In this document: piece by piece, positions 1-9,000 of the stretch
Numbering within the stretch: the first letter of the stretch is position 1
How the letters are laid out: each line of letters begins with the position of its first letter
Origin: a virus
Lineage: Duplodnaviria; Caudoviricetes
DNA length: 61,118 nucleotides
Virus record (IMG/VR): IMGVR_UViG_3300045141_000235
Location: 1 to 61,118 of that record
Direction: 5' to 3' (one strand)
Position numbers and translations under genes: made by a program
Notes under the pieces: generated by a model
What the model was told of the DNA's origin: nothing
Seen by the model: the letters and a program-made list of their open reading frames with translations, nothing else
The model's database searches: none

Positions 1-127
1 CGCATCCCGGAGAACGACGTGGCCTTAAAGGCGCTTTGCATGGCACTCCAGAGCATCAGCGCCGGCGCCGGCTTTGGGGGGTATCCGGGGGCCACTACCG
101 CCCTCTGGACGCGGCTGGCGGCGGCAA
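1..127. repeat. Terminal direct repeat, copy 1 (circular assembly overlap)
   Basis: Bases 1..127 are identical to 60992..61118, and an ORF reads in frame across the junction. Confidence 0.97.
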
Positions 128-1710
128 TCACGGCTCTGTTCGTCGATCCCGGGTTTCGTTTGTCCCAGGAGGGCTTTGACCAACTGGCAGCTCACCGCTC
201 GACGATGGAGGCCGTCTTCAAGGCGTCGATCTTCGGTGGCTCTGATCACCTATTCGCGTTGGTTCAGGAGGAGGAGGGGGTGAACAAGTACCTGCTGCTC
301 TTTCCCACGGACTCGAAGCTCGACCTTGATCTTGCCGAGATATTCACTCGCAACCCGCAGGAGATGGTAGGGCTGTATCTGTCGATGCTGGGCTACGCGC
401 AGATATTCACCCCGGAGGCTGATGCCCGCCGCAATCTTCTGATCTCGCTCGCACCAGCATTCGAGGATGTGGACCTGCCGCTGTGCCTGATTAACGCGCT
501 GTGCGCAGCCTATATGCACGTCAGTTACTCAGACTGCGAGGGCAAGCACGAACCTAAGCGCGTGCTTCACGCGATGATGGCGCGGCTTATGCAAAAGCAC
601 GTGAAGGTTCTGCAATTCCCGGTCCGGGAAGAGATCGCCCGGCCGACCATCCTGATTGTGTTCGACTGGTGGTGGTCGAGGCACGCAATGTATCGGTGCT
701 ATTCGCAGTCGATTTTGCAGTTAAAGCGCGACTTCCGGCTAATCGGGCTTGCCCGTAATGTCGTGACCGATGAGCCATCCCGCGCCATGTTCGATCAGTG
801 GATCGGGATTGCCGAGGATAAATTCATCCTGGCAGATGTTGCCCAGGAGATTGCGAACGCCGCTCCCGATATCATCTACTACCCCTCGATCGGCATGTCG
901 AGCCTGACAATTAGCCTCGCGTCGCTGCGTCTCGCCCCTCTGCAGGTGATGAGCTACGGGCACCCGGCGACCACGAATTCCCCTGAGATCGACTACGGGA
1001 TCATTGAGAACGACATGGGGGTGCAGGCGTGTTTCTCGGAGAAGTTGCAGCGCATTCCCTCGAACACCGTGCGCTACGTGCCATTTGCACCGGTTACCGC
1101 TCGCCACCGTGTACGGGTGAACCCGGAGACCATCAAGATTGCGGTGTGCGCCATGCAGGTGAAAGTGGGCTGGCCCTTTATACGGGCGATGCAGCAGGTG
1201 CAAAAGCGAGCGCGCCGGCGGGTTGAGTTTCATTTCTTCTGCGCCGCCCACGGCGTTGGGTTATTCAGCATGGCGAACCAGTTGAAGGGGTTGCTTGAGA
1301 ACACCATGATCTACGAGCGGGCGGACTATCAGGAGTTGATGGAGTGGGTCGCCGGTTGCGACATCTGCCTGTTTTCCTTCCCGTTCGGGGGCACCAATTC
1401 CGTGATCGACGCCATGCTGCTGGGCATCCCGTTTATCACCCTGGAGGGCTTGGAGCCGCACGCGCGAACCGATGCGATGTTAATCCGGCGGGCGGGGCTG
1501 CCGCAGTCGATGATTGCCTTGACCCAGGCCGAGTATGTCACTGAGGTCACGCGCCTGGTGGACGAGGACGACCGGCGCCACCGCTATGCGCGCTTGATCC
1601 GCCGGGTTGACGTCGCCCGCACCTTCTTCGAGCCTGACCACACCGAGGCGTTTGTCAATGCCTTCAGCACGATCTACCGGCGTCATGCCAAACAGGAGGC
1701 CGCAGCTTGA
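1..1710 (+). CDS. HMW1C/NGT-family (GT41) protein N-glycosyltransferase; true start probably GTG 60908 across the circular junction (about 597 aa)
   Basis: Colinear motifs as recalled for HMW1C/ApNGT: TRLAAAITALFVDP, AYMHVSYS..KHEPKR, HAMYR, YYPSIGM..LRLAPLQ...GHPATT, FPFGGTNSVID, GLPQSMIA. Confidence 0.9.
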   Translation, partial: RIPENDVALKALCMALQSISAGAGFGGYPGATTALWTRLAAAITALFVDPGFRLSQEGFDQLAAHRSTMEAVFKASIFGGSDHLFALVQEEEGVNKYLLLFPTDSKLDLDLAEIFTRNPQEMVGLYLSMLGYAQIFTPEADARRNLLISLAPAFEDVDLPLCLINALCAAYMHVSYSDCEGKHEPKRVLHAMMARLMQKHVKVLQFPVREEIARPTILIVFDWWWSRHAMYRCYSQSILQLKRDFRLIGLARNVVTDEPSRAMFDQWIGIAEDKFILADVAQEIANAAPDIIYYPSIGMSSLTISLASLRLAPLQVMSYGHPATTNSPEIDYGIIENDMGVQACFSEKLQRIPSNTVRYVPFAPVTARHRVRVNPETIKIAVCAMQVKVGWPFIRAMQQVQKRARRRVEFHFFCAAHGVGLFSMANQLKGLLENTMIYERADYQELMEWVAGCDICLFSFPFGGTNSVIDAMLLGIPFITLEGLEPHARTDAMLIRRAGLPQSMIALTQAEYVTEVTRLVDEDDRRHRYARLIRRVDVARTFFEPDHTEAFVNAFSTIYRRHAKQEAAA

Positions 1711-2438
1711 GCACCTTCCTTCAACTGGTCAACAAGCTATCCTCAGAATCCGGCATCTCGGGTGCGCCCGCGGCCATCACGAGCGTGATTGGGCAAACCG
1801 GCATGGCGCTGCGCATGGTGAACTGGACCATTGCCTCCTATCGGGAGATTCAGGGTCGGTCCGCGCAATGGCGGTGGCTTCGCAGCACGTTCTCGTTTCC
1901 GACGGTCGCTGGCACCGACACCTACGCTTATAACGCGGCGGGCTGCATTGACACGCGCTTGGGCGCGCCGATCACGAGGTTTCGCGGCTGGATACCGTTC
2001 GGGGAGCGCGGGGAGTCCAATATCAGCCGGTATCTCACCGCGGGCGGGGTGCCGGGCCAGATGTGGATGACTTTCCTGCCCTGGTCGATCTTCCGGGCGA
2101 TGTACAAGTTCGGCCCCATGCAATTGAACCAGTCGACCATTATTCACGTGACCATCACCCCGCAGAACCAGTTGATGATCGGGCCCAACCCCAATGAAGT
2201 GTTCACCGTGCTGGGCGAGTATCAGATGGCGGCGCAGATATTGGCGGCTGATGGCGATGTGCCGGAGATGCCGGAGGATTACCACGATCTGATTTTCTAC
2301 CGCGCGATGGAGAAGTACGGGCGGTTCCAGGCGGCGCCGGAGGTCGTGGCGCGCGGGGAGACTGAAGGAGGGCGCATTATGCGCGCTTTGGAACAGGGGC
2401 AACTCCCGCAACTTTTGTTAGCTGCGCCGCTTGCTTGA
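1707..2438 (+). CDS. Head-tail adaptor / tail tubular protein A-like
   Basis: STFLQLVN N-terminus, 'D.PEMPEDYHDLI.Y.A' C-terminal motif, and position upstream of the nozzle gene. Confidence 0.7.
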   Translation: MSTFLQLVNKLSSESGISGAPAAITSVIGQTGMALRMVNWTIASYREIQGRSAQWRWLRSTFSFPTVAGTDTYAYNAAGCIDTRLGAPITRFRGWIPFGERGESNISRYLTAGGVPGQMWMTFLPWSIFRAMYKFGPMQLNQSTIIHVTITPQNQLMIGPNPNEVFTVLGEYQMAAQILAADGDVPEMPEDYHDLIFYRAMEKYGRFQAAPEVVARGETEGGRIMRALEQGQLPQLLLAAPLA

Positions 2439-2468
2439 TGAATACGCTTCGGTTAGATACTCGGCGGC

Positions 2469-2499
2469 TTGACACCTGCGCGAGGCGGTGCGATATACT
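2469..2499 (+). promoter_or_regulatory. Sigma70-like promoter of the HTH moron
   Basis: TTGACA-19 bp-TATACT just after the adaptor stop codon; the spacer is long. Confidence 0.45.
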
Positions 2500-2659
2500 G
2501 CCTGCGTTCGAAATTAATTCGGACGTGCGTGTGACAACGCGAAAATGGAGTAACGTAGCAAGTCCTTTGCAGGGTGGGTCTCGGTTCGGTTTGCGTTGCT
2601 GCGTTCGCTCCTCCCGATTGTCACCCGTTTCCCGTTCTGCAAAGGGCTTCTTTTTGTCC

Positions 2660-3145
2660 ATGCGGCTGCAAAACGCCGTTTTCGCCAATCCGCCAACCAA
2701 AGGCGGCGAACTCTTCCTGCTTGTCAACTTAGCCAGATATGCTGCCGACGATGGCAGTCGTGTATATCCATCTGTCTCACGGTTGATGAAAGAAACAGCG
2801 CAGTGCAGGAGAGCCATAGAAACGCAACTCGCGAGTCTAGTAGCCAAAGGCATTATTGAAATTGTCAGGCGGCAGACTGCCAAACCAACTGAATATCGGA
2901 TTTGTGCAGAAAACATATACACAGACCCCGCATGTGGTGCGGGGTCAAAAAAACAGACCCCGCATTTGGTGCCAAAAGACCCCGCACCTAGTGCCAAAAC
3001 CCCCGCATTGAATGCGGACGATTCATTAATAGATTCGTTATATATCCATCAAAACCGGGTTGAGAAAAACAAAACCGTCAAAACCGCAGCGGGCGACGCG
3101 GCGCTCAGGAGCATGAAAGAGTTGCTGGGAAAATCTGATGGCTAA
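2660..3145 (+). CDS. Winged-HTH protein resembling the N-terminus of phage replication initiators (short, 161 aa)
   Basis: LLVNLARYAADDG.RVYPSVSRLMKET....RAI...LASL..KGIIEI pattern followed by iteron-like repeats; likely start ATG 2660. Confidence 0.7.
   Translation: MRLQNAVFANPPTKGGELFLLVNLARYAADDGSRVYPSVSRLMKETAQCRRAIETQLASLVAKGIIEIVRRQTAKPTEYRICAENIYTDPACGAGSKKQTPHLVPKDPAPSAKTPALNADDSLIDSLYIHQNRVEKNKTVKTAAGDAALRSMKELLGKSDG
2921..3016 (+). repeat. Four iteron-like repeats CCCCGCAnnnnnTGC
   Basis: ccccgcatgtggtgc, ccccgcatttggtgc, ccccgcacctagtgc and ccccgcattgaatgc, separated by A-rich spacers. Confidence 0.75.
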
Positions 3146-5225
3146 TAGCAACCTTCGAGCCCGGCGCGACGCAGCCTCAATGCCACCGGTAAGGGTGATC
3201 CCCGACGCCTTCCTGCTTAACGGCGGATTGGACGTGATGACCCCGCCGTTTGAGCTTAAATCCGGCTTCGCGCGCCTCGCCCAGAACTTCGAGTGCTCCA
3301 TCTTCGGGGGCTACCGCAGGATCGCGGGCTACGAGCGGATCGATGGCCGGGCAAGCCCGTCGGATGCGCAGTATTCAATCCTGCCCGTCACCCTTGTCAC
3401 CGGCGGGGCGGTGGGCAACACCCTCACGGGGGCGACTTCGGGCGCAACCGGGGTAATCATCGCGATCACCACAACGTCTTTCGTGCTGACCCGGACCGTG
3501 GGCGTCTTCCAGGCCGAGAACCTGAATGTCGGCGCCGGCACCATCGCGGTGTCGACCGCGCCAGCGACCCTGAATGCGGCGCAAAGCCCGCTCTTACATG
3601 CCCAGTACAACAACCTGGCGGCCGACGCGTACCGGGCGTTAATCGGGGCCGTGCCGGGTTCGGGCAAGATTCTGGGTGTTTTCTACTACAACGACGTGCT
3701 CTTTGCCTTTCGCAATAACGCGGGCGGCACGGCGGCAGCCCTGTATAAGTCCAGTCCTGCCGGCTGGATTGCCGTCCCCCTGGGCCGCGAGCTTAACTTC
3801 ACCTCGGGCGGCACCTTTGTGCTGGTCGAAGGCCAAACCGTAACCGGTGCGACATCTGGGGCAACCGCAGTAATCACCAGGGTTGCGCTCGAGACCGGGA
3901 CCTTCGCCGCTGGCACCGCGGCCGGGCATATCACCTTTGGCTCCCAGACCGGAACCTTCGTGGCCGAGAACCTGAATGTGGGGGCGAACCTGAACGTCGC
4001 CTCGATTGCCGGCAACGGGAGTGCGATCACGCAGCTCCCGGACGGGCGCTACGAATTCATCCTCTACAACTTCACCGGCGGGCTATCCACCAAGCGGGTG
4101 TATGGCTGCGATGGGGTCAACCGAGCATTCGAGTTCGATGGCACATCGTTTGTCCCAATCAACACCGGCATGGTGATCGACAAGCCCTCGCACATCGAGG
4201 GGCACCTGTATCACCTGTTCCTGTCGTTCTTCGGCTCGGTGCAGCATTCGGCTCCCGGCTTCCCGTTTCAATGGTCTGCCGTGGTGGGGGCAGGAGAGCT
4301 GGCGATGGGGGAGGCCGTCACCGGGTTTGCCTCGCAATCGGCAAGCTCGACGGCGGGCGCACTGGCGATATTCACCGTAGGCAAGCTCTCCATGCTCTAC
4401 GGCACGGGGGCCGCCGACTGGAACCTCTTGCCTTACCGGGATGAAATTGGTGCTTTTCCTTACACCATGCAGAACCTCGCCCAGACCATGTTCCTGGACC
4501 TGCAGGGGGTCACGGATCTGGTGACAACGCAGCGATTCGGAAATTTCGTCTACGCGGTCTTGTCCAACCGGGTGAAGTCGATCATCACGTCCTGGCGCTC
4601 GGCTGCGATTGCCTCATCGGTTTCACGGGACTTGTCGCAATACCGGCTGTTTTTCACGAACAACTTCGCCCTCTACTTCACGGTCGTTGCCGGCAAGGTG
4701 ATCGGCGTCATGCCGTGCCTGTATTCCCATACCGTGCGCTGTGCCTGGTCGGGCAGAACGCTGGCCGGGGTTGAGCGCAACTTCTTCGGATCGGACAACG
4801 GGTTCGTGTTCGAGATGGACAAGGGCACGAGCTTCGATGGCGAGCCAATCGAGGCGTTTTTCAATCTCGCGTACAACTTCTCGGGCGGCGTGCGGTTAAT
4901 CAAACGCTACCGCGGGGGTGCCCTTGAAATCTCAGGACCCGGATATGCATCATTCAACTTTGGCTACGCGCTGGGCTACAGCTTGCCAGAGATCATTCAG
5001 CCCACAACGGAGCGGATCACATCCAACTTCTCCGCTGTGTTCTGGGACCAGTTCGTGTGGGATGCCTTCTTCTGGGATGGCGTGACCCTTGGGCCTTCAA
5101 CGATTGAAATTGACGGCGCTGCCGAAAACATCTCGCTTGCCGTTCGCTGTGTGAGCGATTTTTATCAACCCTTCACGATCTCGGCTGCGGTGATTAACTA
5201 CAGCCCGCGTCGGCAGATGCGCTGA
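3138..5225 (+). CDS. Tail nozzle / tail tubular protein B-like (packaged-DNA stabilisation)
   Basis: 695 aa, beta-rich, N-terminal GGLD..TP...NFEC...GGYRRI.GYER motif; lies between adaptor and fibre. Confidence 0.7.
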   Translation: MANSNLRARRDAASMPPVRVIPDAFLLNGGLDVMTPPFELKSGFARLAQNFECSIFGGYRRIAGYERIDGRASPSDAQYSILPVTLVTGGAVGNTLTGATSGATGVIIAITTTSFVLTRTVGVFQAENLNVGAGTIAVSTAPATLNAAQSPLLHAQYNNLAADAYRALIGAVPGSGKILGVFYYNDVLFAFRNNAGGTAAALYKSSPAGWIAVPLGRELNFTSGGTFVLVEGQTVTGATSGATAVITRVALETGTFAAGTAAGHITFGSQTGTFVAENLNVGANLNVASIAGNGSAITQLPDGRYEFILYNFTGGLSTKRVYGCDGVNRAFEFDGTSFVPINTGMVIDKPSHIEGHLYHLFLSFFGSVQHSAPGFPFQWSAVVGAGELAMGEAVTGFASQSASSTAGALAIFTVGKLSMLYGTGAADWNLLPYRDEIGAFPYTMQNLAQTMFLDLQGVTDLVTTQRFGNFVYAVLSNRVKSIITSWRSAAIASSVSRDLSQYRLFFTNNFALYFTVVAGKVIGVMPCLYSHTVRCAWSGRTLAGVERNFFGSDNGFVFEMDKGTSFDGEPIEAFFNLAYNFSGGVRLIKRYRGGALEISGPGYASFNFGYALGYSLPEIIQPTTERITSNFSAVFWDQFVWDAFFWDGVTLGPSTIEIDGAAENISLAVRCVSDFYQPFTISAAVINYSPRRQMR

Positions 5226-5239
5226 CAGGACTTTGACCC

Positions 5240-7018
5240 ATGCCCAACGATTTTTACGCAGTCACCGGTTCTCCCGGAACATCTTCATTCGGCGCCTCAG
5301 CAGTCATTCGCGCTGAGTTTGTCGCAATCCAGTCGGCATTCGACAAGCTGCCGTCTTTGATCGGGAACGCTGGCAAGTTTCTGGCCGTCAATCCGGGTGA
5401 GACGGCTCTTATCGCGGTCGCGGTCACGGGATCCGGCTCTATTGTTCTGGCGGCCGGATCGACGCTGGATTCTCCCATCCTGATAACCCCGCAGTTGGGC
5501 ACACCTGTCTCCGGGAATCTCGTAAATGCGGTTGGATTGCCGATTGCTACTGGTGTGAGCGGCTTGGGCGCTGGGATTGCAACTTTCCTCGGTGCGCCAT
5601 CGAGTGCGAATCTCCTCTCGGCGGTGTCTGATGAGACGGGCAGCGGGGCGCTCGTATTCGCCAATTCACCGACCTTGATCGCGCCAGTGCTCGGCACGCC
5701 GGCATCTGGCAACCTAGTGAACTGCACGGGCTTCCCGGCTATGGCGGTCGGCAGCATCACGGGTTTAGGCACGGGTGTCGCCACTGCCCTTGCCATCAAC
5801 ACCGGCACCGCTGGTTCTCATGTCGTGCAGGGTGGAGCACTCGGCACACCGTCCTCTGGCGTTGGCACCAACATCACAGGTCTGCCGGTTAGCACTGGCA
5901 TCACCGGCCTTGGCACCGGAGTCGCCACCGCCCTTGCGGTCAATGTAGGCACAGCAGGCTCGTTTCTGACTGCTGCCGCGCCGAACCGCAACTTCATCGA
6001 CAACGGCGCGATGATGATAGATCAGAGGTTTGCGGGGGCAGTGCAGATTATAGCAGTTAACTCAAACTCCTTAGACCGATGGATTGCACTGTCTGATGTA
6101 ACATCCAAGTATTCTATTCAGCGAGTAGTTGATGCCCCCGCTGGCTTTCTATACAGCGTCAAGTTTACCGTTTTAGCGCAATACTCTCCCGGTGTGGCGG
6201 AGCGATTTGTATGCGAGCAGTCAATGGAAGGGCCAGATGCTATCCCGCTTGCGCTTGGCATTGCAGGTGCTGCAACTGTAACAATATCATTTTGGGCAAA
6301 GGCGAGCGTTGTCGGTATCTACTCCTTCAATATTTGCAATGGTGCAAATAGTAGATCATATACGTTTACCCAAACACTGACGACGGCGTTCGTTCGCTAC
6401 AGCAAGACTATCGTGCTTGATACGACTGGCACATGGCTAACGGCAATTGGAACTACCGGGTTACGATTGGGAATTGATCTTGGTAGTGGGGCAAACTTTA
6501 CCGGCACAGCAGATGTATGGACAGCGGGGCAATTGCGCTCCGCGACGGGTGCGCTGAAGTTCGTTAACCAAGTCGCAGGTTCAACCCTCAACATCACCGG
6601 CGTTCAGCTTGAGCTTGGCACGGTTGCAACGAGCTTCGAGCACCGTCCGTTCCAGCAGGAGTTTGCCCGCGTCCAGCGGCACTTCTGCAAGTCGTTCGCT
6701 TATGCAACGGCGCCGGCGCAGAACGTGGGGCCTGGCACTGGTGAGCATGTTTTTACTGCTGGGCGTGCGGGTGCTCTTGCACTGCTTAGTAACAGTGTAT
6801 ATTTTCCCGTAACTATGGCATCAGCGCCGACTATTACGCTGTACAACGCAAGTGCGGCAAATGCACAGGCACGGAATACCACCACTGCCACGGACTGCAC
6901 GGCATCCTCGGGGACATTTATAACTGACCACTCGTTTCTTGTTAGCGCTACTGGCCCTGTTGGAGGGTTGGTTGGTGACTTTATTACTGTCCACTGGACA
7001 GCCTCCACAGGATTTTAA
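5240..7018 (+). CDS. Tail fibre / receptor-binding protein
   Basis: N-terminal anchor (IRAEFVAIQSAFDKLP), GLGTGVATALA and LGTPxSG repeats, and a C-terminal RN.I.NG.M.IDQR...GVQLELGTVATSFEHR domain. Confidence 0.8.
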   Translation: MPNDFYAVTGSPGTSSFGASAVIRAEFVAIQSAFDKLPSLIGNAGKFLAVNPGETALIAVAVTGSGSIVLAAGSTLDSPILITPQLGTPVSGNLVNAVGLPIATGVSGLGAGIATFLGAPSSANLLSAVSDETGSGALVFANSPTLIAPVLGTPASGNLVNCTGFPAMAVGSITGLGTGVATALAINTGTAGSHVVQGGALGTPSSGVGTNITGLPVSTGITGLGTGVATALAVNVGTAGSFLTAAAPNRNFIDNGAMMIDQRFAGAVQIIAVNSNSLDRWIALSDVTSKYSIQRVVDAPAGFLYSVKFTVLAQYSPGVAERFVCEQSMEGPDAIPLALGIAGAATVTISFWAKASVVGIYSFNICNGANSRSYTFTQTLTTAFVRYSKTIVLDTTGTWLTAIGTTGLRLGIDLGSGANFTGTADVWTAGQLRSATGALKFVNQVAGSTLNITGVQLELGTVATSFEHRPFQQEFARVQRHFCKSFAYATAPAQNVGPGTGEHVFTAGRAGALALLSNSVYFPVTMASAPTITLYNASAANAQARNTTTATDCTASSGTFITDHSFLVSATGPVGGLVGDFITVHWTASTGF

Positions 7019-7020
7019 TC

Positions 7021-7410
7021 ATGCCTTCCTACAAACTCACTCTCGGCAACACGGTGCAGCGCCTAGATGACGGGGCGTTCGTTCCGATTGATCCTTCCAG
7101 TCAGGACTACGCGGATTACCTCGCGTGGGTAGCTGCGGGAAACACCGCGCAGCCGGTTGATCCGCCGACTGCTGAGCAAGTTGCGGCGGCGGCACGACTG
7201 GCGGTAGATACAGCGGAGGCGGAGTCAGTCAAGGCTGATAGTCAGGTCGTAACCTTTCTGAATTTCACTCCAGTGCAGCTCGACGCCTGGGTTGATACCA
7301 ACATTGGCGCAGCGGCTACGCTGGTGGCAGTAAGAACTGCCTGTGTTACAGCGTTCAAAGTTCTTGGGCGCATAGCACTTGCTGCTGGCCGTGGCAGGAG
7401 TTTGCGATGA
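7021..7410 (+). CDS. Tail fibre-associated (assembly) protein
   Basis: VQRLDDGAFVP.DP...DY.DYLAW...GN motif typical of genes following fibres. Confidence 0.6.
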   Translation: MPSYKLTLGNTVQRLDDGAFVPIDPSSQDYADYLAWVAAGNTAQPVDPPTAEQVAAAARLAVDTAEAESVKADSQVVTFLNFTPVQLDAWVDTNIGAAATLVAVRTACVTAFKVLGRIALAAGRGRSLR

Positions 7411-7574
7411 CAGAAGCCGAAATCAACGCCCGCCTGCAAGCCCTAGAAGCGCAGCGCACAGAGGCGCTTAATCAAGTCGTCGTGCTGTTCGGCCAGTTGA
7501 CTGTGGCGAAGGCTGATCTGGCGGCAGCGCAGGAGCAGTTGAAGAAGTTGCAGCCAGTGGAGCCGCCTCTATGA
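7407..7574 (+). CDS. Small coiled-coil protein (55 aa), paralog of 7674..7886
   Basis: Hand-translated MTEAEINARLQALEAQRTEALNQVVVL...; ATGA overlap with the upstream gene. Confidence 0.6.
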   Translation: MTEAEINARLQALEAQRTEALNQVVVLFGQLTVAKADLAAAQEQLKKLQPVEPPL

Positions 7575-7663
7575 TCCGACTGCGTGCCGCCATGCTCGCC
7601 CTGCTCCTCTCGACAGGTGCCGCAGCACAGTTGCCGGAGTCGCATCCTGTGCGGCAGTTTTGA
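7571..7663 (+). pseudogene. 30-codon remnant resembling the N-terminus of the membrane protein at 48706
   Basis: MIRLRAAMLALLLSTGAAAQLPESHPVRQF* versus MWLRVVVVALLLSTGALAQLPAPQPVQQ. Confidence 0.55.
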
Positions 7664-7673
7664 TGAATGTGCT

Positions 7674-7886
7674 ATGAACGAAATCTCCACCAACGAGATC
7701 AACGCGCGCTTGATCGCGCTGACCCGGCAAAGAAACGAAGCTCTTGATCGCATCGTGATGCTGGAGGGCGCTTATGCGGTCGAGATTGAGAAAACCAGAT
7801 CGCTCGCAGAAGAACTCGCTAAACTCGAAGCGAGGATCACGCAAATTGAAGCCAAGCCGGAAGACCCGGCTCCCGCAAAGGATTAA
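7674..7886 (+). CDS. Small coiled-coil protein (possible fibre chaperone)
   Basis: MNEISTNEINARLIALTRQRNEALDRIVML heptad pattern. Confidence 0.6.
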   Translation: MNEISTNEINARLIALTRQRNEALDRIVMLEGAYAVEIEKTRSLAEELAKLEARITQIEAKPEDPAPAKD

Positions 7887-7889
7887 CCC

Positions 7890-8837
7890 ATGCCTGGCCT
7901 AATCTCAAACGCAATCGACACCACCAACCCCAACGTGGTGCAGGGGGCACTGACGAGCAACTACGATGCCACAACGCGCACGGTGGACCCCAAGACGCAG
8001 ACCGTGGCCGGGCAATTGAATGATCTTCTATCTTCTGGCAGTCCGTACCTCGAGAGCGCTAAAGCCGGCGCCCTGCAAGCGGGCAATGCGCGCGGGCTGC
8101 TCAACTCCTCGATGACGGCGAGCGCCGGGCAGAAGGCCGCAATTGATGCGGCACTACCCATTGCGACGGCGGATGCGAACACCTACAACACGACCGCAGC
8201 TCAGAATCAGGCGTTTCAGAATACCGCTGGGCAGTTCAATGCGGGGGCCGCGAACACATCGAACCTGCAAGCCTCCCAGGCGGCGAACCAGGCGACACTT
8301 CAAGCAACCGCTGGCACGCAGCAGCAGACCTTGCAAGCGCAGAAGGCGGACATCGACAAGCAATTGCAGCAGATCGCTATCCAAGCCCAGACAGGCTTAA
8401 CTGCACAGCAGGCGCAGATACAAAAAGACCTGACCGCACAGCAAGCGGACCTGCAGAGCAAACTGTCGGCGCAGCAGGCGGGGCAGACTCAGGAAACTCA
8501 AGCGCAGGCTGCGGGACAAACAACCGAGCTGCAAACGTTGAAAGGCACGCAGGCGCAGGCACTCGCGGACACGGAGGCGGCCTACAAGAATCTGCTGCAA
8601 TCCAGTGCGAGTGCCACATCAATCTTCAACCAGGTGTCCACCAACATCAGCGCGATCCTGAATGATGCCACTACGGATGCGGCGACCAAGCAGGCGTTGC
8701 TCGCCAATCAGCAGGACTTGCTTAAATCCGGGTTGGCGATTGTGGGAGGCATTGGGAATTTGGATCTTAATGCGTTACTCGATTTCACCGCAGGCACCAA
8801 TCCACTTGGTAGCGCACAAGAATCTGGGGGTGATTGA
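7890..8837 (+). CDS. Putative internal virion / DNA ejection protein
   Basis: Gln/Ala-rich; TVAGQL..LL..GSPY...A...RGLLNSS motif; first gene of the cluster before the giant protein. Confidence 0.65.
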   Translation: MPGLISNAIDTTNPNVVQGALTSNYDATTRTVDPKTQTVAGQLNDLLSSGSPYLESAKAGALQAGNARGLLNSSMTASAGQKAAIDAALPIATADANTYNTTAAQNQAFQNTAGQFNAGAANTSNLQASQAANQATLQATAGTQQQTLQAQKADIDKQLQQIAIQAQTGLTAQQAQIQKDLTAQQADLQSKLSAQQAGQTQETQAQAAGQTTELQTLKGTQAQALADTEAAYKNLLQSSASATSIFNQVSTNISAILNDATTDAATKQALLANQQDLLKSGLAIVGGIGNLDLNALLDFTAGTNPLGSAQESGGD

Positions 8838-9000
8838 CTTTGATCCGGGTTGGCGATCATAGGAGGCATCTGGAATTTGGATCTCGGAAAACTTTTGGAT
8901 TTCTCTGCGCCATAGGAATAGGGAGCGATTAACATGCCTTTCAAATTCAACGCCACGCCGCTGCGTGCGCCGCGAGGAGTAAGCCTGCGCGACATAGGGG

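Noticed and set aside
2435-2659. N-terminal 75 codons of the 236-aa ORF in the track
   Set aside because: They overlap a promoter and structured leader; the recognisable domain begins at ATG 2660.
8727-8915. Diversity-generating retroelement TR/VR pair
   Set aside because: Differences are not adenine-specific and no reverse transcriptase is present.
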